A DNA stretch of 64,000 bases from the NCBI GenBank assembly GCA_977017645.1, contig OZ360247.1:14012001-14076000 (forward strand), written 5' to 3'. Numbering within the stretch: position 1 is the first letter of the stretch; each line of letters starts with the position of its first letter. Below are positions 11,567-22,319 of the stretch, in pieces. The position numbers and the translations under genes are program-made. The notes below the pieces were generated by a model. That model made no database searches and had not been told where the DNA came from. It saw nothing but the letters and a program-made list of their open reading frames with translations. The stretch is from Torpedo marmorata (taxonomy: Eukaryota).

Positions 11567-13697
11567 ACGTGAAGAACAGAAGGATGACGAGAGTGAAGGT
11601 AGGGCCGCTTAAAGATAAAGGAGGCAACACGTGCCTGGAGGTAAAGGAGGTTGGGAAGGTCCTAAATTAGTGGTTTTCAAACTTTGTCTTTCCACTCACA
11701 TACCACCTTAAGTAATCCCTATGCCATAGGTGCTCTGTGATTAGTAAGGGATTACTTAAGGTGGTATGTGAGAGGGAAAAAAAGGTTGAGAACCACTGCT
11801 CTAGACCCAATTGTTACTGAAATATTTTGCTTGAGAAAAATTGTCATTGGCCCATTTCCTTTGGAGTTATGAAACCGTGCACATAACGAGTCAATTAGGT
11901 ACGATTAAAACAGTGGTTTTCAAACTTTTTCTTTCCACTCACATACCACCTTAAGTAATACCTTACAAATCACAGAGCACCTATGACATAGGGATTACTT
12001 AAGGTGGTATGTGAGTGGAAAGAAAAAGTTTGAAAACCACTGTCCTAAATGAATACTTTGCTTCAGTATTCACAAGAGAAAAGGACCCTTGGTCAAGGTG
12101 GGGTCAGAATAGAACAAGTTTGTGTGCTGGACCATGTTGAGATTAAGAAAGAGGAATTGCTGGATCGTCTTAAAAACATTAGGATTGATAAGTTCCTGGG
12201 ACCCGACGAGATAAACCCAAGGTTGCTGTGGAAAGGGAGGGAAGTGATTGCTGGAGCATTAGCTATGATCTTTGTGTCCTCCTTGGCCATATGGGAGGTG
12301 CCAGAGGATTGGAGAATGGCAAATGTGGTCCGCTTGTTTAAAAAAGGTAATAGTAGACCAGTGGTGGGCAAACTATTGGAGAGGATTCTTAAGGACAGGA
12401 TTTATGAGCATTCGGAGAAGTACAGTCTTCTCAGGGATAATCAGCATGGCTTTGTGAGGGGAAGGTCATGCCTCACGAGCTTGAGTTTTTTGAGGATGTA
12501 ACAAAATAAATTGATGAAGATAGGATGGTAGATGTGGTCTATATGGATTTTAGTAAGGCATTTGACAAGGTCCCCATGAGAGACTCATTCAGAAAGTCAT
12601 GAGGCATGGGATGGAATTCATGAAACCTTGGCTGTGTGGATTCAGAATTGGCTTGCCCGTAGAAAGCAGAGAGTAGTAGTGGACAGAAAGTATTCTGCTT
12701 GGAGGTCAGTGTCTAGTGGAGTTCTGCAAGGATCTGTTCTGGGACCCCTGATCTTTGTGATTTTTAAAAATGACCTGGACGAAGATGTAGAAGGATAGGT
12801 CAGTAAGTTTGCGGATGATACGAAGGTAGGAGTAATTGTGGATGGTGTTGAAGGTTGTCATAGGTTTACAACAGGATATGGACAGAATGGAGAGTAGGGC
12901 GGAAAAGTGGCAGATGGAGTTCAATCCGGATAAGTATGAGGTGATGCATTTTGGAAGGTCAAACCAGAAGGCTGAGTACAGGGTTAATGGTCGGTTACAT
13001 AGGAGTGTGGAAGAACAGAGGGACCTTGGGGTCAAAATCCATACATCCCTCAAGGTTGCCGCGCAGGTTAATAGGATAGTTAAAAAGGCCTCTGGTATGC
13101 TGGGCTTCATTTGTCAGCCGATTGAGTTCAGGAGTCGTGAGGTAATGTTGCAGCTCTATAAATCTCTTGTGAGACCACACTTAGAGTATTGTGTTCAGTT
13201 CTGGTCACCTCATTACAGGAAGGATGTGGAAGCTATGGAGAGGGTGCAGAGGAGATTTACCAGGATGTTGCCTGGATTGGAAAATATGTCTTATGAGGCA
13301 GAGCTTGGGCTTTTCTCTTTGGAGTGAAGAAGGATGAGAGGTGACTTAATAGAGGTCGACAAGATTCTGAGAGGCATAGATAGGGTGGACAGCCAGCATC
13401 CTTTTTCCCAGGGCGGGAGTAGCAAACACCAGAGGACATCTGTACAAAGTGAAGGGAGAAAAGTTTAGGGGAGACGTCAGGGGTAAGTTTTTTACACAGA
13501 GAGTTGTGGGTGTCTGGAATGCATTGTCAGGGGCAGTGGAGGAGGCTGGAACATTAGGGGCATTTAAGAGACTCTTAGACAGGTTCATGGATGAAAGAAA
13601 AATAGAGGGTTATGGGGTAGGGAGGGTTTATTTTTTTTAAGGTATAAACAGGTCGACACGACATTGTGGACCACAGGGCCTGTACTGAGCTGTGCTT
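11567..13697 (+). mobile_element. 5'-truncated, decayed CR1 LINE (RT plus C-terminus), interrupted by a MITE
   Basis: ORFs 12049-12501, 12836-13327 and 13449-13640 contain VPEDWRMANV, QHGFVRGRSCLT and LVRPHLEYCVQFWSP. Stops and frameshifts are present. Confidence 0.92.
11668..12042. mobile_element. Composite non-autonomous hAT (Charlie-like) MITE
   Basis: TIRs (C/T)AGTGGTTTTCAAAC...GTTTGAAAACCACTG and 8-bp TSD TCCTAAAT (11660-67 / 12043-50). Confidence 0.9.
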
Positions 13698-13989
13698 TCC
13701 CTCGCTCTGTCGCTGCAGAGCCCCACTTCCCTCCCTCCTTGCTCCCTTCACACTCAGGAGGGTCTTTGCGGGAGGGAGAGCGCAGTGCCCCTCCCCACCC
13801 CCCACACCACGCTTGGAGAGCAGCCAAAGAGGGGGTCTGGCTGGAGGCAGAAGCCGGCTGGTCCGAGGAATGTTCCGGGCATGGGGAAGGGTCTGTTACT
13901 GACCCGGACATGGGGAAACCCAGCCCAGAGACAGATCCTGACGCTCGCCCGGACAACCTTCAGATACAGGCCGAGAGTGGCAGGAGGTA

Positions 13990-14247
13990 TATACACACAC
14001 AGTCACACACGAAGATACACGCACGCATTCAGACACTCACAAACACGCGCATAGATACACACGCGCAGACGCACAGACATGCGCAGACGTTGTCACAAGC
14101 AGACAGACACAGATGGATACAGAGTCACAGACACACAGAGATGCATGGATATGCGCTCAGACGCATAGATACACATACGCATGTAGACAACAGACAGACG
14201 CACATGCAGAGGCAGACGCGCACACACTCACTCACTCACTCACACAT
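13990..14247 (+). repeat. Degenerate (CA)n/(CAGA)n microsatellite
   Basis: Visible low-complexity tract. Confidence 0.85.
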
Positions 14248-14656
14248 TCCTAAGGCTGCTCCGCCGGTTGTGTGGTGCGCGAGGCTGATGCAGCCTCACA
14301 GGCGGGCAGGAGTTGTTGGGATGGGCGGTGTGGAGTTTGAGGTGGTGCACAGAGTCCCACAAACTCTTGCAGACATGAAGTCCACACGGACCTCGTACTC
14401 GTAGAATGGCCCAGAGTGATGCAGCAGAGGGCTGGTAAGTTTCAGCGGTCTCTCCCCGTGATTCGCCCTGTCTGATGAGAGCATCTTCCTGGTGCAACCG
14501 TTTCCACCACTCGATGGCAGCACAGCACAGGGCAAAATGCTTTTGGACCAGTTACATTAAACACACAATTTAATGGCCTTTGGCCCATCTTGTCTGTGCT
14601 GACCCAGATACCGAGCGACACTAGTCCTGTCTGCCTGTACTTGAAGTTTCATGACA

Positions 14657-15180
14657 GGTGGCACGATTAGCGTATCGGTTAGCGTGGTGCTATTACAGCG
14701 CCAGTGACCTGGGGTTGAATCTGGCGCTGTCTGTAACAAGCTTGTACGTTCTCTCGGTGACCTGCATGGGTTTTTTCTGGGTGCTCCAGTTTCCTCCCCC
14801 CCTTCAATAACATACGGGGTTGGTAGGTTAATTGGGTGTAATTCGGCAACACAGATTTAAATTTTTAATTTTTACATTTTAAATTTAGACATACAGCACG
14901 GTAACAGGCCATTTCGGCCCACGAGCCCGTGCCACCCAATTAACCTACAACCCCTGGTACGTTTTGAAGGGTGGGAGGAAATCAGAGCCCCCGGGGAAAA
15001 CCCACGCAGACACGGGGAAAACGTACAAACTCCTTACAGACAGCACGGGATTCAAACCCCAGTCCCGATCGCTGGCGCTGTAAAGGCGTTGCGCTAACTG
15101 CTATGCTAAACGTGCCGCCCCAATGGGCTTCATGGGCTGGAAGGCTTTCTACCATGCTGTATCATCAAAAATAATTTTAA
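14657..15180 (+). mobile_element. V-SINE split by an antisense V-SINE
   Basis: Head and core at 14657-14853. The 3' tail (gggcttcatgggctggaagg..taccatgctgtat) resumes at about 15124-15180. Confidence 0.75.
14855..15121 (-). mobile_element. V-SINE (HE1-like), nested
   Basis: Complete head, core and tail on the minus strand. Confidence 0.85.
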
Positions 15181-15344
15181 ATCTCGAGTGAGCAATGAGA
15201 TACTGGAGCAGCTCTGGGTCAGACGGTATCCACCCACGACTGACCATTTCTGCCCGTTGGTGCTGCCTGTTCTGCTGAGATCCTCCAACAGCTCACTGTT
15301 TGTAACTGAAGTACTTCCACGGGCATAGTTGCTGAAATAAGAAC

Positions 15345-15925
15345 AAGAAAGGTCGTTACACGAGGCCCCATTTGGAGAATTGTGTTCAGTTTTGGTCACC
15401 GTGCTGCAGGAAAGATGCCGTCAAGCTGGAGAGGGTGCAGAGAAGGTTTATGAGGATGTTGCCTGGACTCGGGGCCCTGAGCTACAGGGAGAGGATGAGC
15501 AGGCAGGGGCTCTGGTTCCTTGGAGTGCAGGAGGATGAGGGATATAAAATCATAAGAGGACGAATGCAGAGAGTCTTTTGGCCATAGTAGGGGAATTGAG
15601 AACCAGAGGACCTAGGTTTAAGGTGAGGGGGGAGAGGTTTAACAGGATCCTGAGGGGTTACTATTGTACACAGAGGGTGGTGGGTATATGGAACAGGCTG
15701 CCAGAGGAAGTGGTTGAGGCAGGTACTATTGCAACGTTAAGAAAAAAAACTGGAAGGATACATGTATAGGATGGGTTTAGAGCAGTGGAAAGAAAAAGTT
15801 TGAAAACCACTGGTTTAGAGGGATAGGTGCGAAACACAGGCAGGAGGGACCAGTGTGGGTGGGACATTGTGGTTAGCGTGGGCAAGTTGGGACGCAGGGT
15901 CTACGTCCACACTGCATGACTCTAG
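15345..15925 (+). mobile_element. CR1 3' fragment containing a 30-bp hAT remnant
   Basis: ENCVQFWSP...LERVQRRF and TQRVVGIWNRLPEEVVEAG, followed by a CR1 3' tail. Confidence 0.85.
15783..15812. mobile_element. 30-bp deletion derivative of the hAT MITE
   Basis: CAGTGGAAAGAAAAAGTTTGAAAACCACTG flanked by a perfect 8-bp TSD GTTTAGAG (15775-82 / 15813-20). Confidence 0.85.
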
Positions 15926-16349
15926 AACCCTCGAGAACCTTCTTGAGCAGCAGCTGGATGTCACATGAGGTAGCTCCAACCAGACTTGGAATGTGCACCA
16001 GTGGCTAATCTTTGTCACTCCCTCCCTCAGAATCTGCCCTGATGTCTCCGCCACTCTCCAGTAAGTCATTGACCCATTTCCTCTACTGCCCTTCGACTGT
16101 TGTTGGATGTTATGGGTTGTCTCTGTTGCCAACATGGTTTTCAGTTACTCATAAGTGGTAGTTCTGCCTTGCCCTCAAGAAAAAGAATCTTCAGGGCTGT
16201 ATGTGATGTCATGTATGTACTCTGACAATAAATCTGAACTTTGAACTTTGAAACTATGAAAGTTCTAATTGTTGATTTCTTGTTCTCCTCCCTTCTCCTG
16301 CCTTACCTAATTGCTGTTCCCTGTTGTGGCCGTTCTCCTCGTGATGTAG

Positions 16350-19300
16350 TAAAGTCCAAGGTTCTTCGCTTCTCACTGATCACGATGGGACGTTTTCTGC
16401 ACAGAAGGTTTGTCAGAGTCTGTCTCTGACAAGACTCTCGAATGAGACCTCGGACACATGGGTTGGGTCTCAGTCATTCCTGCTGCTCCAGAGCTCAGGT
16501 CCCATTTCTGCTTCTGCTGCCTGGCCCCAAATTCTCCAAAGCAACCTTGTTGACCTGATTTTTCCCAAAATGTGCCATTGCTCCTGCCTAATGTCCAATC
16601 CCCTGATACTGTTTGCTTCCATACCCAGAGCCAGTGCAGTGCAGGTGTAAGCAGTCACTAACCATGATCCCACAGAAACCCACTCTATTCCGACCCAAAA
16701 TCCTTCTGTTGATTCTGCTGCTGCCCTCTCTTTTGCTGAATCCAGGTGGCTTAGAAGGGACTTGAAGGAGCATCTATTTCTACAGATTCAAGCACAGGAT
16801 CCTCTCTGCAGTCACTCCCCTCTCACCCTTCCCCCATGCTCAGTCTCCCACCTCCACCCTTCACTCCTTTCCATCATCCCTTCTCTCTCTCCTCTCTCCC
16901 ACCTTTCATCCTCCTGCTTGCTCACTCTCTTCCTCTGGCCTCCCTCCCCAGTCTTCCCCTTCTCTCCTCGCGCAGTCTCCTCCTCATAATCTCCACCCCC
17001 AACCTCCCCACCCCTGCCTCTTTCTCTCTCCCCCTCCCGGCTCTCCTACATCTCCCCAGCCATTACCAGTCGAGGGGACTGTGTGGAGAGGAGGATCGAT
17101 TCACCGAGAATGGTCACCGCAGCATCAGCCAGCACCAACCTGCCAGTGACTGTGTTCACTCCAGGATGCCGAGTGCAGGCAGAGATTCAGTGTGTTAATT
17201 GTGTGAACACCACAAACAGTTTACAAACCTACCACAACATTTGATGTTAAATCTGAGCTATCTCACATAACAGATAACATAAAATCCTCATCACTTGACA
17301 TATTCTATGGATTTTACTTCCGCATCTTGATAAGTATAAACATAGCTCACACATGTTACTCCAACCGTTATCTGTTGCATGGCAGTCACCTCTGGCAGCT
17401 GGTTAGTTCCATCACTGAAGGAAGATACAAGACCTGAAGGTGCACTCACAGCCACTCCACCTCCTTTCCTTCACCTTAGTCTCCGCACCAGAGGCCAGAT
17501 TGTCAACTCTTTCTGCGCACAAGAACATTGAGCAGGCTGTAGTGTAGCTGTGGAAGGAGGGGCGGAACCACGTCGCGAGATGCCCTGCCTCAGAGTCTGA
17601 GAACACTCTTGCTTTAATGCATCAGGAGACCTCTGCCATTGAGTTGAGGGGGTCTGCAGTTGCTGCGTGAATGAGCTGTAACTAGCCTGTTCCTGCAGCT
17701 GTCCTACAACCCTCAAGTTTGCACAAGTAGTCCCACATCACTATTGTCGATGTTAGGATAAAACTTAAATAAACTTTTTGTAAATGAAAGATTAGCACAA
17801 TCTGGTTATAATTGTAATTAACCAACAGAATGTACAGTGTAAAAATAATTGAGGGCTCTTTAATTTGCCTTCTCCCTCACTTCCTGTCATCTCACTCTTT
17901 CCAACATTTTCTCTTTTGCTTGTTTAAATCCGTGCTGCCTTTTACCCACTCTCCCTTGGTCGAACTCTGTTTTCTTCCTTCCCCCCTCTGCTCTCAGTCT
18001 CCCCCACATTCAACCTGTGTAACACAACGTAGCTCTGAAAGGCTGTTTGTATCTTGATGTTCATTAAATACCGGCCCACAGTGCTGTCTAATCCTGCTCA
18101 GTGTTTGTATTGTGGGTAAACCACGTTAAACTGCATAACTTCACCATAAAATAGGTTAAAAAAACACAAAAACAATATTTACAAAAGCACAGGGTTATAA
18201 AGAACATGAAGAATGATTTATTTGTGTTAAATCACTATCTAGAAATGCAAATTATTTCCACTGGCAGAGTCAATGTATTCACTTATTCTTTTTGTATATT
18301 GTCTTAAATAGTTTTTGTACAAAGATTCATGTTCACAAAGCCATTAATTGGAATTGCAGTAAGTTTCTGTACATTTTAAGTGAAGTCTTTTAACACTTTG
18401 TATTGAATTTGTGTGAATTGTATCCGACTGCTTTTGTGTAAGACTATTACTGTTTGAATGTGACTTGTGAGGGAGGGTATGGTTCTGGAGACTTAAACCA
18501 ATGAGTTCCCACTCACAGCCGGCCTTTCTCCGGACCATCTCACAGGGACCAGCATATGCACCCCTTGCTGATTCTGTTAAAACAAAACCTCTTTGAAGAA
18601 CTGAGACAGATCTTTCTGTGAACAAGTTTAATTGAAAGGGTTTTCTATGTTTGCATCAAGACTGGGAATGGGGCTTTCAATTTCAGTTCCAGCGCTTTCT
18701 TTGATACTGGAAAGCCAATTGAATGTCTTCCGTTTATACTTCAGGAGATGGAGAATTAATTAAGGGCAGATTCCCTTGTAGACTGGTTTATATTTCAATG
18801 CAGGGATGAGCAGTCTCCACACCCACTGTCCCTGTGACTGGTGATAACAAGGTCCTGCTGATGAGGGGGATGCATTTCCTCTTTCGTATTTGAAATGAGA
18901 ATTAATGCAATATCTGCTTTACTTGGTATTCTCTGTGCCTACAACCCTTTTGAAATGTGTTCAACCGTGTGTGAAAGATAACACATACCATCCAGGTGGT
19001 CTCACGCAGTTACTGATTAAAATTCGATCCATTAGTCCGAATCAATTCATTCCTGGGTCCGGCTGTGCTCAATGAGAGAGGAATAATCCCACAGATCCTG
19101 CAAGGTTTAGAATCTTTACTGAATGTTTCCCAATCTTTATGAGAAAAAGAGCATTGTGGACCAGGGAAAATAAAGCATCTGTATTAAATTTGTACTTTGA
19201 GAGAATAATTAAATAATGTTTAGCAATTCTGAAAAGGCAGTGTTTGCAAAGTGGTCAGAATTGATTGGTGGCAGGGAGTGAAAACAGAGAGGTGGCTGCA

Positions 19301-20545
19301 TCCACTTTAACTTTTATTAATATCACCTTGCCAAGCTGTTCAAACTGCACTGCAGCAGTCTACAACTGGAAATTGGCTGATTACGACCAACAGTGAAGGT
19401 AACTTGCAGGTCAAACATTCTCGGTGCAAAACACTCGAGGTAGGGTAGGCTCTCTCCTGCTGAAAGCTCTCTCTGTTTCATCTCAGCTTTGCTAGAGTAT
19501 CAGGCAACCGTGTTGTGTGGGTAGCAGCACCAGGAGAATGAGAACAAGTCGAGACACTAAAACACAACTGGGGATTCCTCACAATACATGAGCATAATGG
19601 CTGATACTGAATTCAAAAATTTACAAAGCTTTGTTTCCCTGCACTGATTTTTTCTCAGTATTTTACCTCACCCCGAGCATATTTAAACTTTTTTTCTTAA
19701 GATCATTCAGTTAAAACGAATGGAATGGAAAACTTTTTATTATATTTTTGAACATTCTGATAATGAATGCAATTCACCTCCTTCACTGAAACGGGGAAAA
19801 AATGCAAATCCTAACACAGTCACATCCAACTTAAAGCCAATGAACTGTGAGAGGGCCAGATGGTGTCTTCACATCTACTGTTTAAATTGTTTAGGTTTTG
19901 GTGTAAGACTGAATGTGCTGTGAATGTCTGTCAGCGCGGGACTTTATCCTTCCTCATTCGATTCAAAGGCAATGATTGTTTCAAGATGTATATAAAGTGT
20001 GTGTTTAGAAGAAAAAAAGTTTAAAAATTCTATTTAAGCAAAATGTAAAAGTGAAAAACTATAAAATGCCTTTTTTTGCCTTTTTTATGCATTAATTTTT
20101 TTTACATGAACGTGACGTTTTTCATAGTTTCCTGAACAATGTGTCGGCAATCATGTAAAACATTACAAACTCCACTTTATTCCTGCTTTTAAATAATAAA
20201 AGATTCTAAATAATATGCATGTATATGCTAAGAAACTGCACGATGCATCTGGATTAGTGTCTGTTCGTGAATCTTCTAAAGAAATAAAAAATGTGAAAAT
20301 CTTGATACAATAGAAACATTTTTGTCTATAGACTGTGCTTTTTTTTCTCCTGATGCATGGGGCTTTACTGATTTATCAGTCGGAGCTGTGATTGGTTATT
20401 GTGTTGAACATATCGACAGAGTTTTTGTAAGCGGAGATCTTCCATTTGTAGAGTAGTGAGATGTGTGCTGAGAGTTGATGCCATGACAATCTGTAATTAA
20501 TGTGGTTTCTGTGAAAAGATGAAATAAAGGGATTGCATTTTTGTA
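16350..20545 (+). other. SRCIN1: Probable SRCIN1 terminal exon / 3'UTR
   Basis: About 85 nt of AG-free pyrimidine tract with a cctaat branch candidate ends in tgtAG (16348-49), followed by TAA in phase 0. Downstream sequence is transposon-poor and increasingly AT-rich, with AATAAA at about 17768, 20195, 20283 and 20523. Boundaries are inferred. Confidence 0.45.
16800..17058 (+). repeat. CT-rich polypyrimidine low-complexity tract
   Basis: About 250 nt almost entirely C/T. Confidence 0.8.
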
Positions 20546-20879
20546 AAAGCATTTTGGATTTCCCCTCATTTTCTGGTGTTTGTTGATTCCAGTCACCATG
20601 CAAAGCACTTTAAATATTCTCAAGTTCCTCTTTTGGTTCTGGCTTCAACGATCTGCACTGTAGGAGCAAAGTTTTCTGTGTTCTAAGGTTTAGCTCATTG
20701 GATGAAGAATTTCTCTATCACTGTAATGTCCGTAGGTTTCATCGTTCAATTTGATGAGAGCTTTGGTGGTGCTGCTGGTACTAACCACACAATATCTTTT
20801 GCTGAAACCAGCCATTCTCAAACTCAACTGCACGAAGACCACACACAGCACACTCAGTTTTTAGAGGAACATTCACACT

Positions 20880-22290
20880 CGTACTACACAGCTTTCCAAG
20901 CAACTCGCTGTAAAATTCCAACCTCTTCCCATCATTTATACACTCCAATCCAGGCAACATTCTGGTCCATCTCTTGTATACTTTCCAAAGCATCCACATC
21001 CTCCCTGTAATGCCATATGAATGATTTGGCAGGAAGGCTAATCAGTAAGTTGCAGATGACAGAAAAAATAGCAGAGTTGTGGATAAAGACCAGTTGCAGC
21101 AATGGGCAGAGATAAGGCAGATAGGGTTTGGTCTGGTCAAGTGGGAGGTGCTGGACTTTGGGAGGTCAAATGTAAAAGTACTCGGTAAATGGCAGGACCC
21201 TTCAGAGCACTGATGTATAGAGGGATCACGGGATGAAAGTTAAACCACCCTGAAAAGGCAACGCAAGTGGATAGGGTGGTAAAGAGGGCATTCAACATGC
21301 TTGTGGTCAGGGCGGGGAGTATAAAAGGCAGGAAGCCATGTTGCTGCTTTATAAAACATTGGTTATTCTGCATGTGGAGTATTGTGTGCCGTTCCGGTAG
21401 CATAGAAATGGAGATTCATCAGCATGTTGCCTGGATTAGAGTATTCGCTGTAAGGAGAGGTTGGACAAACTTGGATTGTTTTCACTGGAGCACTGGAGGC
21501 TGAGGGGAAACCTGATGGAAGCATATAAAATTATAGAAGTAAAAGTAGATTTTCACAAAAAAAGTCTTTATCAAAAGAGTCATAGAGTTAGACAGCACAA
21601 AACAGGCCCTTTGGCCCAACCAGGTGGCCTATATGAGGTCCCATTTGCCCGTTTAGACCAGTGGTTTTCAAACTGCCCCCCTAAACTCACATTCCACTTT
21701 AAGCAATGCCAATGCCATAAGTGCTCTGATTAGTAAGGGATTACTTAAGGTGGTATGTGTGGAAAGAAAAAGGTTTGAAAATCTCTGTTTTAATCGTACC
21801 TAATTGACTCGTTATGTTTCATAACTCTAAAGGAAATGGGCCAATGACAATTTTTCTCAAGCAAAATATTTCAGTAACAATTGGGGTCTAGAGCAGCGGT
21901 TCTCAACCTTCCCTTCCCACTCACATACCACCTTAAGCAATCCCTTACCAATCACAGAGCACTTATGGCATAGGGATTACTTAAGGTGGAATGTGAGTTT
22001 GGGGGGGTGCAGTTTGAAAACCACTGGTTTAGAGGGATATGGGCCAAATGCAGGCTGGTGAGACTCGTGTGGGTGGACACCTTGGTCGGCGTGGGCAGGT
22101 TGGGCCAAAGAGCCTGTTTCCTCGCTGTGTGACATAATGACTCGATCCAAGTACCTGTTTAAATGTCACAATTGTACCCACCTCCGCAGCTTTCACTAGC
22201 AGCTTGTTCCGCGTACCCAATGCTGTGTGTGAAATAGTTGCCCCTCTTGCCCCTTTTACATTTCTCCCCTTGCTTTGGTCCGAATAGGGT
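20880..22290. mobile_element. Cluster of decayed CR1 fragments in both orientations between the two 3'UTRs
   Basis: Degenerate CR1 motifs (RMLPGLE, DRVVKRAF, LGLFSLE..RLRGNL) and CR1 3' tails at 21580-21650 and 22027-22143. Confidence 0.75.
21659..22026. mobile_element. Second copy of the composite hAT MITE (spacer inverted relative to the 11668 copy)
   Basis: CAGTGGTTTTCAAAC TIRs, TSD GTTTAGAC/GTTTAGAG (one mismatch), and the same internal spacer in reverse complement. Confidence 0.88.
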
Positions 22291-22319
22291 GAAACATGAG
22301 TCACGCACAATCATTTCAT

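Noticed and set aside
13664-14404. 246-aa ORF
   Set aside because: It runs through a CR1 tail, GC-rich intron and a (CA)n tract giving H/T/R repeats. No recognisable domain.
17060-17250. Alternative SRCIN1 last coding exon after the CT tract
   Set aside because: The weak resemblance (SASTNLPV) is in a frame incompatible with the phase-0 donor at 11525.
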